From Octopus vulgaris (Eukaryota), in assembly GCA_951406725.2 (NCBI GenBank), contig OX597832.1, positions 71,424,001 to 71,488,000 of the forward strand: a stretch of DNA of 64,000 nucleotides, in the 5' to 3' direction. Position 1 is the first letter of the stretch. Every line of letters starts with the position of its first letter. The translations under genes were made by a program, and so were the position numbers. This document shows, piece after piece, positions 26,405 to 39,660 of this stretch. The notes beneath the pieces were generated by a model. That model did no database searches. It was not told the origin of the DNA and was given only the letters and a program-made list of their open reading frames with translations.

Positions 26405-27509
26405 GCAAAAAAGGTGCAGCAATATTAGTGGAAGGTTAACAGGGAAAATAGCTTTTGTATGTGGAAGATGCACAGTACAATAAACACCAAAAATGTACAG
26501 AAAATAGACTCACTCAACTGCTAGGGAATTAAGTTAGAGGTAGTAGATAGCTTCCATTATCTAGATGACCAAGTTAATAACAGAGGGGGATGCTCTGTGG
26601 GCTGGTCAAAGTTCAGAGAGTTGCCACTTCTCCCTCAGAATGAAAGGCAGAATGTATGATGCTTGTGTGTGAGCAGCTATGATACATGGCAGTGAAACAT
26701 GGGCTGTGGCAGTTGAAGACAAGCAAAGGCTTGAAATAAATGAAACCAATATGCTTTGCAGGATGTGCAATATCAGTGTGCATGTTCGACAGCATGTAAG
26801 CATCTTGAGATAAAAATTAGGCATAAGAGGCTTCAGATGTGGTGTGTAAGAGAGACAGCTGTGCTGGTATGGTCATGGGAAGTGTAAGGACGAGGACAGC
26901 TCTGTAAAGAAATGCCAAGAAATGCCAAACTGTGGAGGGAACCTGCGGTAGAGGTAGACCCAGGAAGACATGGGACAAGGTGGTGAAGCATGATCTTCGA
27001 ACTTTGGACCTCACAGTGGCAATGGCAGGTGACTGAGACCTCTGGCAATATGCTGTGCTTGAGAAGACCTGTCAAGCCAAGTGAGAATGTAGTCGTGGGT
27101 GATGCTGGTGGTATGTAACTGGCACCTGTACCAGTGGCATGTAAAAAGCACCTTTCTAGCATTGGGCCTTACAGAGGCAAAGTGGCTGAGCTCCTTTCAA
27201 GTGTTGGGCCTCATGGAGGCAATGACTGAGACCTTTGGCATTATGTCATGCTTGAGAAGAAGACCCATCAAGCCAAGCAAAATCGCAGCTGTGGTAGATA
27301 CCAGTATCATGCAAATGGCTCCAAATGCAGGCGGCACATAAAAGCATCCAATACACTGTTGGAGTGGTTGACATGAGGAAGGGCATCCAGTAGTATAAAT
27401 AATGCCAAATCAGACTGGAGTCTGGTGCAGCCTTCCAGCTTGCCAGTCCTGGTCAAACCGCCCAACCCATCCTTGCATGGACAAGGGACGTTAAATGATG
27501 ATGATGATG

Positions 27510-27510
<1 letters not shown>
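26405..27510 (+). mobile_element. RTE LINE 3' fragment with (GAT)n tail
   Basis: VCGRC, FHYLDDQ, HGSETW, WYGH, GRGRPRKTW. Confidence 0.85.
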
Positions 27511-27565
<55 letters not shown>

Positions 27566-27567
27566 AT

Positions 27568-27605
<38 letters not shown>

Positions 27606-27669
27606 TATATATATATATTGTCAGTAGTTCATATATCTGAAAAAGAAGTACACTCTAATATATTTTTTG

Positions 27670-28342
27670 TGTAGTAGCTGCACAGGCAGCCAGAGTAACA
27701 GCCTACACTGTAATAACACATCCATTGACAACAACAACAATGACAACAATGATAGCAGTCATTGTGGTGGCCAGAGTTACAGCCTGAGCAGCAAGGATAC
27801 AGCTGCCAACAACAACAACAGCACTGACAATATTAGTTGTGGTGACAGCAGCACGTCAAGGAGCAGAGACAACAATACCAACAGTTAAAATGGCAGCAAG
27901 CAACACCAACTTTGTGACCAGAAACAGCTGCTATGCTAACAGCAACAGAACCACCAGAATCACATCCAGGAATATCAGCACTGGCAGTGACACCAAGCAA
28001 CAATAACAACACCATCAGAGCTGGAGTTAACAAAAGAAACATTGGTAGTGGCTGCACTTGGAATTCTCCATTCATTGAATAGGTCTACCACAGCTCCTTC
28101 AAATATAAGATATAAGTTCAAAGCCAATATAAGGGGGGATAACCCTATCCTGCCTGCAGCATGGACAATTGCTTTTTTTATTTACAAAACCAATTGACCA
28201 TTGTGTATTTCTTCCTCCAGTTGTAGAGCAGTTACGTGCCTTCATCCATTTGAGTCTGATGAGTCACCTATACTGTTAAGCATTTTATAGGTGTGAAACC
28301 AATAGTCACTCTATGACCAGCCATAACACTTAACTTCCTAAA
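27670..28342 (+). mobile_element. Degenerate PLE 3' remnant
   Basis: AAC/AGC-rich low-complexity coding-like tract, HSSFKYK-like relic, then a clean HHR; TA-rich flanks. Confidence 0.55.
28252..28311 (+). ncRNA. Type I hammerhead ribozyme
   Basis: GAGT-CTGATGA-GT-CACCTATA..TATAGGTG-T-GAAAC-CAATA-GTC-ACTC. Confidence 0.82.
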
Positions 28343-28869
28343 CATATATATATATATATACACACACAAATACACATGTACACACACATATATATTTATA
28401 TCTATAGATATACACATGTACACATACACATATATACATATTTTCATAGACATATGCATGTATATGCATATATTTATAGTGAAATGTTTAAAACAAAGAA
28501 AAAAGAATTCATAAATGCCTAGTCAGAGGTGTTGATACTAGGGCAGATTTTTATCAAGTTAGTCTCAATATCTTTAACTGCTAGGCTACGAGGTTGTAAT
28601 GTGCCTCAGTAGAAAGGAGTTGTTACAACAGAATTCAAGATATTAGATCTCTAGAGTAAGATGACAAAGGAATGAAATGAGTGGTAATAGGCTGTACAAT
28701 AGATACATCCAAACTATATCTGAATGTTAAGATGTTGGGAATGATGATGTGGAGAGGAGACAAACACAAAGACAAACACACATAAGCACATACAAGCACA
28801 CATACATACAAGAAGTTACTTACTGTAAGGGACTTTAAAGAAGGAAATATTAAAATGAAAGGAATGAAT

Positions 28870-29620
28870 ATGCTTTAGATTTGAAAGTATTCGGGTCTTA
28901 AGAAAGTGAAAAACAATAATATGGAAGCAAGTTCCAAAGACTGGCAGTTCAAGGGGAAAAGCTATGGCTGTAGAAAGATTTCCTTATTCATGAAAATACA
29001 ACAGCATTTGAATGAAGATGCTCTGATTTTCAAGTCAGTTGAGATGCCACAAAGTGATCTGGAACTAAGAAAGAAAATTTATCAGGGTACTTCCTGTGAC
29101 AATAACAATAGACTGAATTTAGACTGGTGATGTCATGTCAGTGTGACAAGAGTTGCAAAGTCGAAGTAAGAGAGGGACCAATCATTGCTTCTGAACCTGG
29201 TTGAGGAGATGCAAGTGACAAGATGGTGCACCTGCCCAAATATGACAGCAGTATTTCATATGAGGATGAATTGTGAACTTGTAAAGATATAAAACAGCCT
29301 CAAATGTGAGGTAGTGCTTTGACCTATACAAAGATCCAACCTTATAAAAAGTAGACCTATCAACTGATTGTATGTAAGAACCCCAAGAAAAATCAGGGGA
29401 GAAAGTAAGATGAAGGAATTTCAAAGAAGAGCTTTCCTCAAGTGGTTGTCTGTCTCTCACCATATGATATCTCAGACTTATATCTCATGTATATAGAAGG
29501 AAGATAGGGGTCCAACTTCCTTCTGAAAAACATGAGTTTGGTCCTGCCAGGGTTGAAAGTTACTAGCCCCATTTCTTAACAACTTGCAGATCCACCTCAA
29601 GATTAGAAGCAAATTTCTGC
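28870..29620 (-). mobile_element. CR1/L2-like LINE RT C-terminal fragment
   Basis: LKFL.LTF..D.SW..YI..VGSLYR...LYLYK..I.PHM.YCCHIWAGAP...L.LL..VQK. Confidence 0.75.
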
Positions 29621-29639
29621 ACCTTCCATTAAAAATTCT

Positions 29640-30390
29640 AGAATACAAATGCTAAAATGTAAAAGGAGAGGATTTTTGAGGTCACAAATCATGAGAGTTT
29701 TAAAAGATACATTCGAACAAGTCCTCAATGCACAGGGATTGAAAACTTTACATGCTTTTAAATGGTTATATTTCTTACCATGATGGTGTTGAGAACATAT
29801 TTTATGTCAATAAAAAAATATAGGCTGTCACATGTTAAAAAATGTACATCCTAAAACAGATCTAATATTCTAATTAGATTTATTTCTAGAAAATCTTGGT
29901 GTGATCAGAGATAAGTAAGAGGAAAGACTCTATCAAAATATTCATGCGATAGAAACGTAATAGCAGGGATTTTGAAATGAATATGTGAAGGTTAACAGTT
30001 GCTGGAAGCTGTATATACAACTATTCAGATTAACTTTATATATTCACAATACATGTAAAAACTTGTATAATGCATATTGTTTAATAACATATGTATCTAA
30101 TTGAATATACAATACGTATACATATATATATATATATATATATATAAATAAGGTTAAAATTAACTATGTATGAATTAATCAAGTGTATGCCTTGTATTTC
30201 AGTTCAGGCAATAAGCAAATTTTGTATGAAATGCTATTTGATACACTTTAAGTATTGATAAAATTGGGAATAAGAAAAACTGTCATATTTCAAAAATTAG
30301 ATATGTAAATTAAAAAAACTAAAGACAGATGTAGAAACATCATTTAAAATGCATTCAGAAAAGGTTAATTTCATTTATGTTATTGCCTTG
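29640..30390 (+). mobile_element. Chapaev-3-like DNA transposon 3' relic
   Basis: Degenerate LDLFLENLGVIRD..EERLYQNI.AIE....G.....CWKL resembles the family motif LDFFPENLGAVSDE.GERFHQDI..ME.RYQG.W..DYCW. Confidence 0.55.
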
Positions 30391-30438
30391 TGTATGCGTT
30401 ATAAACTTAGCAAGCGCACACATACACACATACACACA

Positions 30439-30473
<35 letters not shown>

Positions 30474-30543
30474 ATGTGCGTGTATATGTGTGAGTTCATG
30501 TATGTATGTGTGTGTGCATCTGTTTTCAGCAATTTGTGCTAAA

Positions 30544-31608
30544 TCTATAAATATAAAACTCAACATGTGTGTCTGTTTGTTTAACTTCCTGGCACATCTC
30601 CTCCTAGCCAACAAATCGTAGAAGCACCAAAAATGGGTCACTTAAAGTTTAGGCAAATGAAAATTGAACTGCACTATTTCTGTTCCGAAATTCATCTCAC
30701 AAGTGCAAAAATCGATAATGTGTTTGTTTAGGCCTTATCCCATGCATTGAATAGTGAACTTTACTCAGTCAGCTGTTTGCCGTGAACTGTGTTCACCACG
30801 CGTGCAAGCATGCGTAAATTGCATGAAAAATAAAAAATCAAGATATAAAAATGAATCGCCGTAAACATTGTAGAAATTTGGCAAAGAAATGAATTTTCGG
30901 GATGTAGCCTGGAGGGTTTTTTCGTATTAATCGTTTGAACTTTGTGAACACATACCAATTGTTTTCATAACATTTTTAACGCTTTGAATTAAATGTGACC
31001 ATTTTGCGTTGAGTCAGCAGTTTGAATCACTTTAACCAAATTTTAGCAGGCCGGATTTTTGATCATCACAATACATCGCCAGCGACTCCCTGAAATCCCT
31101 GTTGAGAAATCTATATATATAAAATTCAACTTGTGTGTCTGTGTGTGTATCTGTGTATGTGTCTGTGTGTTTAACTTTTGGATCTACCAAGTTTCATTAT
31201 TAAGGATGGAAAGTAGTGTGTAGCAAATCTATATATATATAAAGCTGAAGTTGTCTGTGTGTGAAAGGTTTGGTAGCCTTCAACTAACACTATCTCCTTC
31301 GAGACCCTGCAGAGCAAGTTGACCAAAATTGAGAGTATGATAGAAGAAGGCTTGCTCTTCATTCTGTAGAAGATAAAATCCAAATCGAACCATGTTAACA
31401 CCAAAGATTATTTACATCAAAAAGGTGCTTTTTTTCTATGAAAATCCCTATTTTTGACTGCTGTGTCACCATTTTTCAGTGTATTTCAACTGGAAAAATG
31501 TTCACTTGAAGAGAATAACAAGTTGCATAATGCAAAATTTTTACTTTTCAAAAATTCCAATTCTAAAGGTTCGAAACAAACCCAAGCAACACCGTGTGAT
31601 ACTGCTAG
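30544..31608 (+). mobile_element. Non-autonomous Helitron, composite (5' TC ends at 30544, 31110, 31228; 3' CTAG at 31608)
   Basis: A|TCTATATATATAAA starts; degenerate CCC.AGCAAC.CCG.G hairpin then CTAG|T. Confidence 0.7.
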
Positions 31609-31764
31609 TTTGTGATATATTTGAAACCCATTCTTCTTATTTGTTTAATTCACATAAACAAAGTCACACATGCAACTACCTATCAAGTTATTCTGTTCTC
31701 TCAGTGACTAAACATCTTGAACTATGATTATACTGCCTTCATTCATGCTCAGCTATTTTACATA

Positions 31765-33022
31765 TCAGGTCATCCTATAAGTTCTGTCTGAATTTTGAGT
31801 AAAGATAACAGGTGATCAAATGTTATATTCAATTGAAATTTAATCATCAATGTACTTTCCTTGATTATCTATGACTTCCTTCCATCTATTTATAAGCTTT
31901 TTAATCCCATCAATGTAAAACTCTTTTGGTTTCAAAGCGAAGAACTCTAAAGTGTCAGTTTCGACCTCCTCCTGGCTTGCAAAAGTTGTCTTCCAAATGA
32001 TTCTGTAAACTATGAAATAAATGGTAGTCTGAAGGAGCAAGATCAGGAGAATAAGGTGTATGAGGAATTTTTTCCTAACCAAGCTCTTCGATCTTCTGTG
32101 ATGTGATCTTTGCAGTGTGGGGTCGCACATTGTCCTGATGAAACATCACTCCTTTTCGATTCACTAAAGAGGGTCATTTTCTTCAAAGCTTGGTTCAAAC
32201 GCTCTAATTGCTGATTCTTGCATTAGGTGGTAACAATTCAAAGTGAATTACTCCTTTGCAATCCCACCAGATAGAGAGAAGAAACTTTTTCCCATGAAGT
32301 TCCCTTCTTGGTTGTTGTTGAGCTTTTTCCCTTTTACCAAGCCACTATTTATGATGTTTAACATTTTGATAGAAGATCCATTTTTCGTCACCAGTCTATC
32401 CAAAAAGGGTGAAATAAATTCACAAGAATGGAGAGAAGAGCAGTTGTCAACTCGGGATTTGTGGTTGCTTTTGGACAATTCATAAGGCACCCATTTTCCA
32501 AGTTTAGGGACCTTTCCAAATTGTTGACGATGACAATGAACAGTTGTATGGTTTGAACTAAGCTTTATTGCCAATTCTTCAACTGATTATGCAAGATTTT
32601 TTTCAAGTAATGCCTCAAGGAGCTCATCATCAAACTCAACTGGACATCCTGTTCGATCTTCACCTTCAAGTCTGAAATCTCCACTTCTGAATTTTGCAAA
32701 CCCTCTTCTGCAAGTTCTTTCATTCAAGCATTCTTTCCCATAAACTGAGTGTATGTTTCAAGTTACTTCAGCTACTGAGTTTTCTTTTTTGTACTCATAA
32801 AGCTTTATGTGCCTCAAATGCTCTTTGGATACTTCCATGCTAGAAAGGGTTTTAATCAAAGAAATTTTAATTCTATTATTCTGTAAAATAATATTTAATT
32901 AGTTTAAATGTACATAAATGCATAAAAATAATTTTTCATTCCATTAGACATTCTAAAATACTAATAAATTTCATTCAGCTTTAAAAATGGTAAAATTGGA
33001 CAGAACTTATGGGATGACCTGA
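31765..33022 (-). mobile_element. Mariner transposon, full length, dead transposase (~31840-32840)
   Basis: TIRs TCAGGTCATCC.ATAAGTTCTGTC with TA TSD; GKWVPYEL, HQDN, PYSPDLAPSDY, GIKKL..RW..VI...G.Y. Confidence 0.93.
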
Positions 33023-33137
33023 TACATAGATGTATAACAATAAGAATAAGAATGGAGAAAATCACATCTTTACAGATATCTGCCTGGATTTTTTAATCCC
33101 TTTTACTTCTTACAAACACACAAACACACACACACAC

Positions 33138-33196
<59 letters not shown>

Positions 33197-33234
33197 CACA
33201 AATAAATATGAATATAAATATATGTATATAAGTA

Positions 33235-34273
33235 TTGGTTTGGCAACTAAGTTCCCGCCATTTTTTCATATTTTAATTTTTTTAATAGGTTTAATAAAAA
33301 ATAACAACTAATTAATTAATAATGTATTCACCCTTGTTGTTTACAACTTCTTTCCAACGTTCAACAAAATTTTCAATACCTCATTGGTACAAATCACCCG
33401 ATTTCAACTCGAAAAATTGATCCAACCAAGCTCTCAATTCTGCATCAGTATTGAACGAAACTCTGCACATAGCATTTGAAAGAGACCAAAAGAGGTGGAA
33501 ATCCATTGGTGCTAAATCTGGAGAGTACAGCAGGTGTGGCAGCACTTCCCAGCCATGTGTTCGAATGGCTTCCTTGGTCATATTGGCGATATGAGGGTGA
33601 GCGTTGTCATGCAGCAGAAGAACTCCATGCTGCTGATTAGGTCTTTTCTCTTGAATAGCTGTGTTGAGTCATTCCATTTGTTGAACATAGAGTTCTATGT
33701 TGACCGTTTGGTTCCATTCAAGCAATTCGTAATGGGTAATCCCTTCTCAGTCCCACCATATGCACATCTTTGTTTCGCGCACGGTGTCGCTCATTTACCA
33801 TGGCTAAGCCATTCCTTATGCTGCTTCATATTGATGTACAGGCACCATTTTTGTTTGCCAGTAATGATTCGGTAAAGAAATCATTACTTGTGTCCATGAG
33901 TTGAGCGGTGACAAGCAAGCAAACCAGCTGAGATTGTGGCTCATTGATTTTTATTGTTGTCACTTAAAACATGCAGTACCCATGCTCCATACTTCTGAAC
34001 TTTTCCCATCGAGTGAAGATGCTTCTCTATAGCAGTGTGGGAGCATTCCATTTTCTCTGCTAGTTCCCTTGTCATTTGACGAGAATTTTTGTGCAAAAGT
34101 TGGTTTAATCACTCTTCATCAAACTCAACTGGATGGTCAGAACAAGGTGCATCTTTCAGGTCAAAATTTCCATTTTTGAACTTGGCATATCAATCACAAA
34201 TGGTTCTTTCAGCAAGGCACCTTTTCCATACACAGCGCAAATTTCGTGAGCAGCTTTTGCAGCCTTAGAACCT
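33235..34273 (-). mobile_element. Mariner transposon, 5'-truncated
   Basis: TA-TTGGTTTGGCAACTAAGTT terminus; HDNA, WEVLPH..YSPDLAPMDFHLF. Confidence 0.88.
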
Positions 34274-34770
34274 TATATACCCATTCCTCTCTTCCTCTCA
34301 GTCCACCTCCCTCTGTTTACTCTCATGCACTTATACATATCTCAGCAGTCTCTCTCAGCTGTCAACCCACTTTCTCTCTTGAAATTCCACCTTTGTCACC
34401 CTATTAGAATATTTAACTGGGCCATATTCCTCTGTTAATATTTGCTCCTATCTCCTGTTCTCACTATCTCAACTTCCCTTAATTGTATTGCCTCTCCTCT
34501 TTTTAGCGACTAAAACTTTTTTTTTTTAACATTACAATATCTAGAATAATAAATACATAAAAGTATAAAGAAATATATAAATATATAGATATATAAAAAA
34601 ATATAAAAATACATATATATAGGAAACATATAAATAAATAATATATAATATATAAGGTAAGATAAAGTTCATCGTTTAGAAATTTTTCGATTAAAAATTA
34701 CTTTTCAAGATAAGGGAAATCTATTGTTAAAAGCCAGTGTCCAAGCAAAAAAGAAGAAACCATATTTACA

Positions 34771-34852
34771 TTCCTTGTGGCCATTTCAGGGGTTCTTCAC
34801 CGTATTTAATGCACGAAGGTGCATCACGATAATTACTCCTTCGTCAGGGGAA
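34771..34852 (-). ncRNA. Hammerhead-like motif in left arm
   Basis: TTCCC-CTGACGA-AGGAGT...ACCCCT-GAAA-TGGCCA-CA-AGGAA (U16.1 appears as C). Confidence 0.55.
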
Positions 34853-34892
34853 AAATAAAGAAACACACATCACGTACCAGGGCGAGACCTCA

Positions 34893-37800
34893 ATTTCTTT
34901 ATTACCCACAGGGGGCCAAATGTAGAATGATACAGAACAACTGATGGGATCAGTGAAATGATATGGGTTTACATATAATATGACTTTAAAAATTTAATAC
35001 AATATATAAAAATCGAATGTAATAAACAAAACAACAAACAATACAAACGAAGCGATGATCAGGCCACGCTCCGACCCCACAAGCCCCGATCTACCACTGG
35101 TACCTTTTTTTTGTTTTCTTTTTTTCCGGTCTATTCACACAGTTCCTTGCACGCCCAACACTCGTGCAACATGTTTCCATCTCTTTTGGAACGTACACTC
35201 CGACAGACACTTCTTCTCCAGCCACAGTTTCCTTTTCAAATGAAAAGAAAAAAAGATCGGAAATTGTGACCAGAGATAAAGCTGCCTGTCTTAATTCCTT
35301 TTATCCTAGTCTTCCATACTGCCTTTTTTGCTATTGCTACAACCGTGAGAAAGCAATTCTTACCTTCGTTCATTAGAACTCCCGGTGGGTCAATTTTTAT
35401 AATTGACTCAGTCGACAGCTGTACTCTTTCTTCGCCGGACAACTGGTGTTCAGCATAAGCCCACATTTCAGTTATCTCCGGACACTGAAAAATAGCGTGA
35501 GGGACGGTTTCTCTGTCCACCCCGCATCTTGGACAGGTTGGCGACTGACGTCCACCATGTCTTGCGAGCTTATCCCGAATGGGCAAGGCACCTCTGTAGC
35601 ATTGCCAGGTTAAGGACTTTGGGAAATTGTCCAACGTTCTCAACCCAAATGTACGGTGAAACAGGCTGTCCAGTTGAATAAATCCAAGACCTAGAGTCGA
35701 TCCCATGCCATCGTCGCATTCAGACTCTACCAACCCACTATATAAAATCCGTGTGGAACCCCAGCTGCTGGCATTGCCCGAGTGTCGGAATTGTAAGAGG
35801 GCCTTACAGCACTCTTTATGCCACTCCCTCGACCTCGGTCTACGAGCTTCCTCTTCACAAAAACTTTTGAATTCAGGGAACATTTGTCTGGCCAGCGGAG
35901 ACCACACCCGTTCACTATCCAGGAGAGTCCAGAGGTGCCTCAACCTCAACGCATGTCTGCACATCATTAACCAAGGCATCCCTAAACCTCCCTTTAAAGG
36001 CTTTTGGCAACAGACAGAGCGTTTTACAAGTGGCGACTTGCTCTTTCACGAAAAGCGAAAGAGCTGTCTCTCCAACCTGATCAACCACGAATCCGGACAG
36101 GGCACGACGGTCAGGCAGTAGGTAATGACCGATGCGATAAACACATTGGTCACCTCTGCCTTCCCTTTCAGGGATAGCCACCGCCAAGACCAGGTCTTGA
36201 CTACTGCAACCACCCTGCTCAATACCTCCACCCAGTTCTTCTCTATCTGGAGGCCTGGTCCAAACCAAACTCCCAGCAACTTAACCGGTTCCTCCATCCA
36301 GCGCCCAACAACGCTGTCTGAAGGCATCGACTTGCCAACCCAGATGCCGAGCTTCAAGCCGACCGACTTTTCCCGGTTAATCTTTGCTCCTGTCACTTCC
36401 TCGTAAGCCTCAATAGTCTTACCCACTTCACGTAGGCGTGCTATTGAGGTTACACTGATAGTGATATCATCCACGTAAGCTGTAACAAACTCCTCTAGTC
36501 CTGGTTCTCTCAGGATGCCACTCAACCTTCACAGTAATGGCTCGAGAGCCATCACATACAAAAGTGGTGAGAGCGGACATCCTTGATGAACCGAGCGTTT
36601 GATGCAGAACGGCTTCGAAAGGAAACCGTTCACCCGAACTATCGAGTCAATGTTGTGGTACAAAGAGATAAACCACCTGAGGAAGCCAAGGCGCAGGCCG
36701 AACTGCGCAAGCACAGTCGCCAGGTATCGATGGTCAACCCTATCAAAAGCTTTAGACTGGTCCAAATGTACCAATGCCCCACCTTTGCCAGATTTATTAC
36801 CAACCCTCTCTATGGTATAGCGAATGAGATGGAGGGTATCCTGAATGGTTCTGCCTGGGGTGGCACATCTGTGCCTCCCCGACTATACCATTCGTGACAC
36901 GCGCCAACCTTTTAGCTAAAACCTTGGCAAAAATCTTCACTTCTGTGTTTAACAGTGATGGGCCTGAAATTTTCTTGAACGTCCCCCTTGTCTGGGTCCT
37001 TTCTGACCAACGTCACTACTCCCCGGCGCACAGATCTGGGGATAAACCCATTCTGTTGCCATTTCGCGTACACGTCAGCCAGTAGTTGCCCGAACAAGTC
37101 TGGCATACATTTATACAACTCGTACGGAAGACCATCAAGTCCCGGCGACTTACCTGCTTTTCAGTTGGCCAAAGCCTCTATCACCTCCTCAGGCGTGATT
37201 GGCCCTTCGCAACACCCGCATCCGACCCCGGGAGGCACGGCAGCCCGGCAAGAAAGTCCTCGAGGGCTCTTTCACTACCAGGACCGCCGTCACCCCCGAA
37301 CAGCTGGGCGAAGTACTCCCGAAAGACCTCACACATTTTCTCGGGTTCGTTTACCAAAACACCATTTTGATTCGTCAAAGACCGAATAGAGGAACTATTT
37401 CCTTGCCGAGCTTCCACCACTCGGGCCCATCCAGTGGCCTTGATTCCTTCATTTCCCATTGCACGTAACTTAGCTCTGGCAATGCTTCCCATGTGTTGGG
37501 CTTCAAGGTGCTGGTTTAACTCCAGTCTTTTCACCCTCGCTTGATCCGCATTACCAGTCCTCCAGGCTTCTTCTAGTTCCTTAACTAGACCATCTCCTAT
37601 TCTACGTCCCTTCTTAGCTAACCTTATGCTAAACCTAATAGACTCATATTTGATGGCTCTTTTTAGGGCTTACTACCATTTGTTATTGGTGATGGTACCT
37701 GTTAATGCCCTCTGTATTAACATCTTGATCCGCTTTCTGTACTCCTCAATCGCCAAAAGGGACGTATTGAGTTTCCAGTAGCCAGATCCCTGTCCATTCA

Positions 37801-38725
37801 ACTTATCTACCGTCAGTTTACAGGTAACCATCTTGTGGTCACTGTAGCTGACTAGAAAAAACTGTGGACACTTTAATATGGATTTTCTAATTAAAATCCT
37901 ATCTATATATGTTCTAACAGACCCGTCACCATTTGACCACGTCCACTGTGGTGTGTTCGTGTGCTCCAACCTATATGGATCTGCTAGCTGAAAATGACTT
38001 AGTAGATCTCGTAATAGAGTTACATTTTCTATTCATGTTTGGGTTCGAGCCAACACAATCTGTGTGTGCTGCACATATTGTGTTAAAGTCTCCTAACAGT
38101 ACTAGCGAATGCAACATGGCTAGGAATTTTCCCAGGTCACAAAAATAATCAGTTTGCGGGCAAGTAATGTTTGGTGCTTAAATAGCAACCAGCCTGATTG
38201 TCTTGCCACAACTGAATGTCAGGTCGAGAACAACCAACCTGCCTTCTGGGTCAGAAAAAACCAACTTTTTCTCGGCTACCCGGTTTCTTTTTAGTAGGAC
38301 CAACACTCCACCCTCACCTCCCACCCGACTCAGAAAAACGTATTTCTTGTAGCCGGTCAGGAGGGGGAGCAGATCTCTTGGCCCCTTCACCCGGGTTTCT
38401 GTTGCAACAATTACATCTAAATTTCTCGACCTGATGTCATTTAGAAAGCGTCCTTGCTTCCAGCTTGACATCAGACCATGAACATTTAAACAACCAATAT
38501 GAATAGACATGTCTTACTTTTTAAATCGGGGCATCTTGTAGAGGGGTGTCCTCCACCTTTTCTTGACTTAGGGTCGGAGTTGGTAGGCCTTCAAACATGG
38601 TTGGATGGAAATCCAGTCTCCATGTTGATACTGCTTTCCTATATGTATTAGACAACATATTGTATGTCTTATCGTCCATTTCATAGAATTCATAATTTAC
38701 GTATTTTTCAGACAGTTCCATTATT
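34893..38725 (-). mobile_element. Tx1/L1-like LINE (ORF1 C-terminus 38521-38725, ORF2 ~35130-38510 frameshifted)
   Basis: APE (CLNVHGL, ATETR, LLGDFN, IDRI, SDHK, YWKLN), RT (DQSKAFDRVDH, QGCPLSPLLY, YVDD), C-terminal CPRC..H....C. Confidence 0.92.
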
Positions 38726-38990
38726 GGAAAAAAAAGAAAACAAAATAAGGTACCAGCGGTAGATCGGGGCTTGTGGGGTCGGAGCGTGGCCTGATCATCG
38801 CTTCGTTTGTATTGTTTGTTGTTTTGTTTATTACATTCGATTTTTATATATTGTATTAAATTTTTAAAGTCATATTATATGTAAACCCATATCATTTCAC
38901 TGATCCCATCAGTTGTTCTGTATCATTCTACATTTGGCCCCCTGTGGGTAATAAAGAAATTGAGGTCTCGCCCTGTGTGTTTCTTTATTT

Positions 38991-39072
38991 TTCCCCTGAC
39001 GAAGGAGTAATTATTGTGATGCACCTTCGTGCATTAAATACGGTGAGGAACCCCTGAAATGACCATAAGGAA
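38991..39072 (+). ncRNA. Hammerhead-like motif in right arm
   Basis: TTCCC-CTGACGA-AGGAGT...ACCCCT-GAAA-TGACCA-TA-AGGAA; two-arm consensus stem III ATGGCCAT is palindromic. Confidence 0.6.
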
Positions 39073-39554
39073 TGTAAATATGGTTTCTTTTTTGCTTGGA
39101 CATTGGCTTTTAACAATAGGTTTCCCTTATCTTGAAAAGTAATTTTTAATCGAAAAAATTTCTAAACGATGAACTTTTATCTTACCTTATATATTATATA
39201 TTATTTATTTATATGCTTCCTATATATATGTATTTTTATATTTTTTTATATATCTATATATTTATATATTTCTTTATATTTTTATGTATTTATTATTCTA
39301 GATGTTGTAATGTTAAAAAAAATTTTTTTTTTAGTCACTAAATTATTAACCATTAATTTTTAACCGCGATGGACTGTATTCACACATTTTTCTTATATGC
39401 TTGTATTGATGAGTTGTGCTTCATCTTCCGTGATTTTATGCATGTATATTCTATATGAAAGAAAAAGCATTATGTGATTAAATGTTCGAGATATGAAATG
39501 TTACGTGGATGACCTTATATTTGTTTGTTCTGCAACCATAGTTTAATATATCTA

Positions 39555-39660
<106 letters not shown>

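Larger units (their letters stand above)
34502..39342 (-). mobile_element. Composite element bounded by ~620 bp inverted repeats (34502-35127 / 38726-39342)
   Basis: Arms highly similar with one 10-bp indel; each has LINE 3' UTR, an HHR-like motif and an AT-rich end. Confidence 0.85.

Noticed and set aside
34502-39342. DNA transposon or Polinton with long TIRs
   Set aside because: No transposase, integrase or polB, no evident TSD, and the arms include LINE 3' UTR
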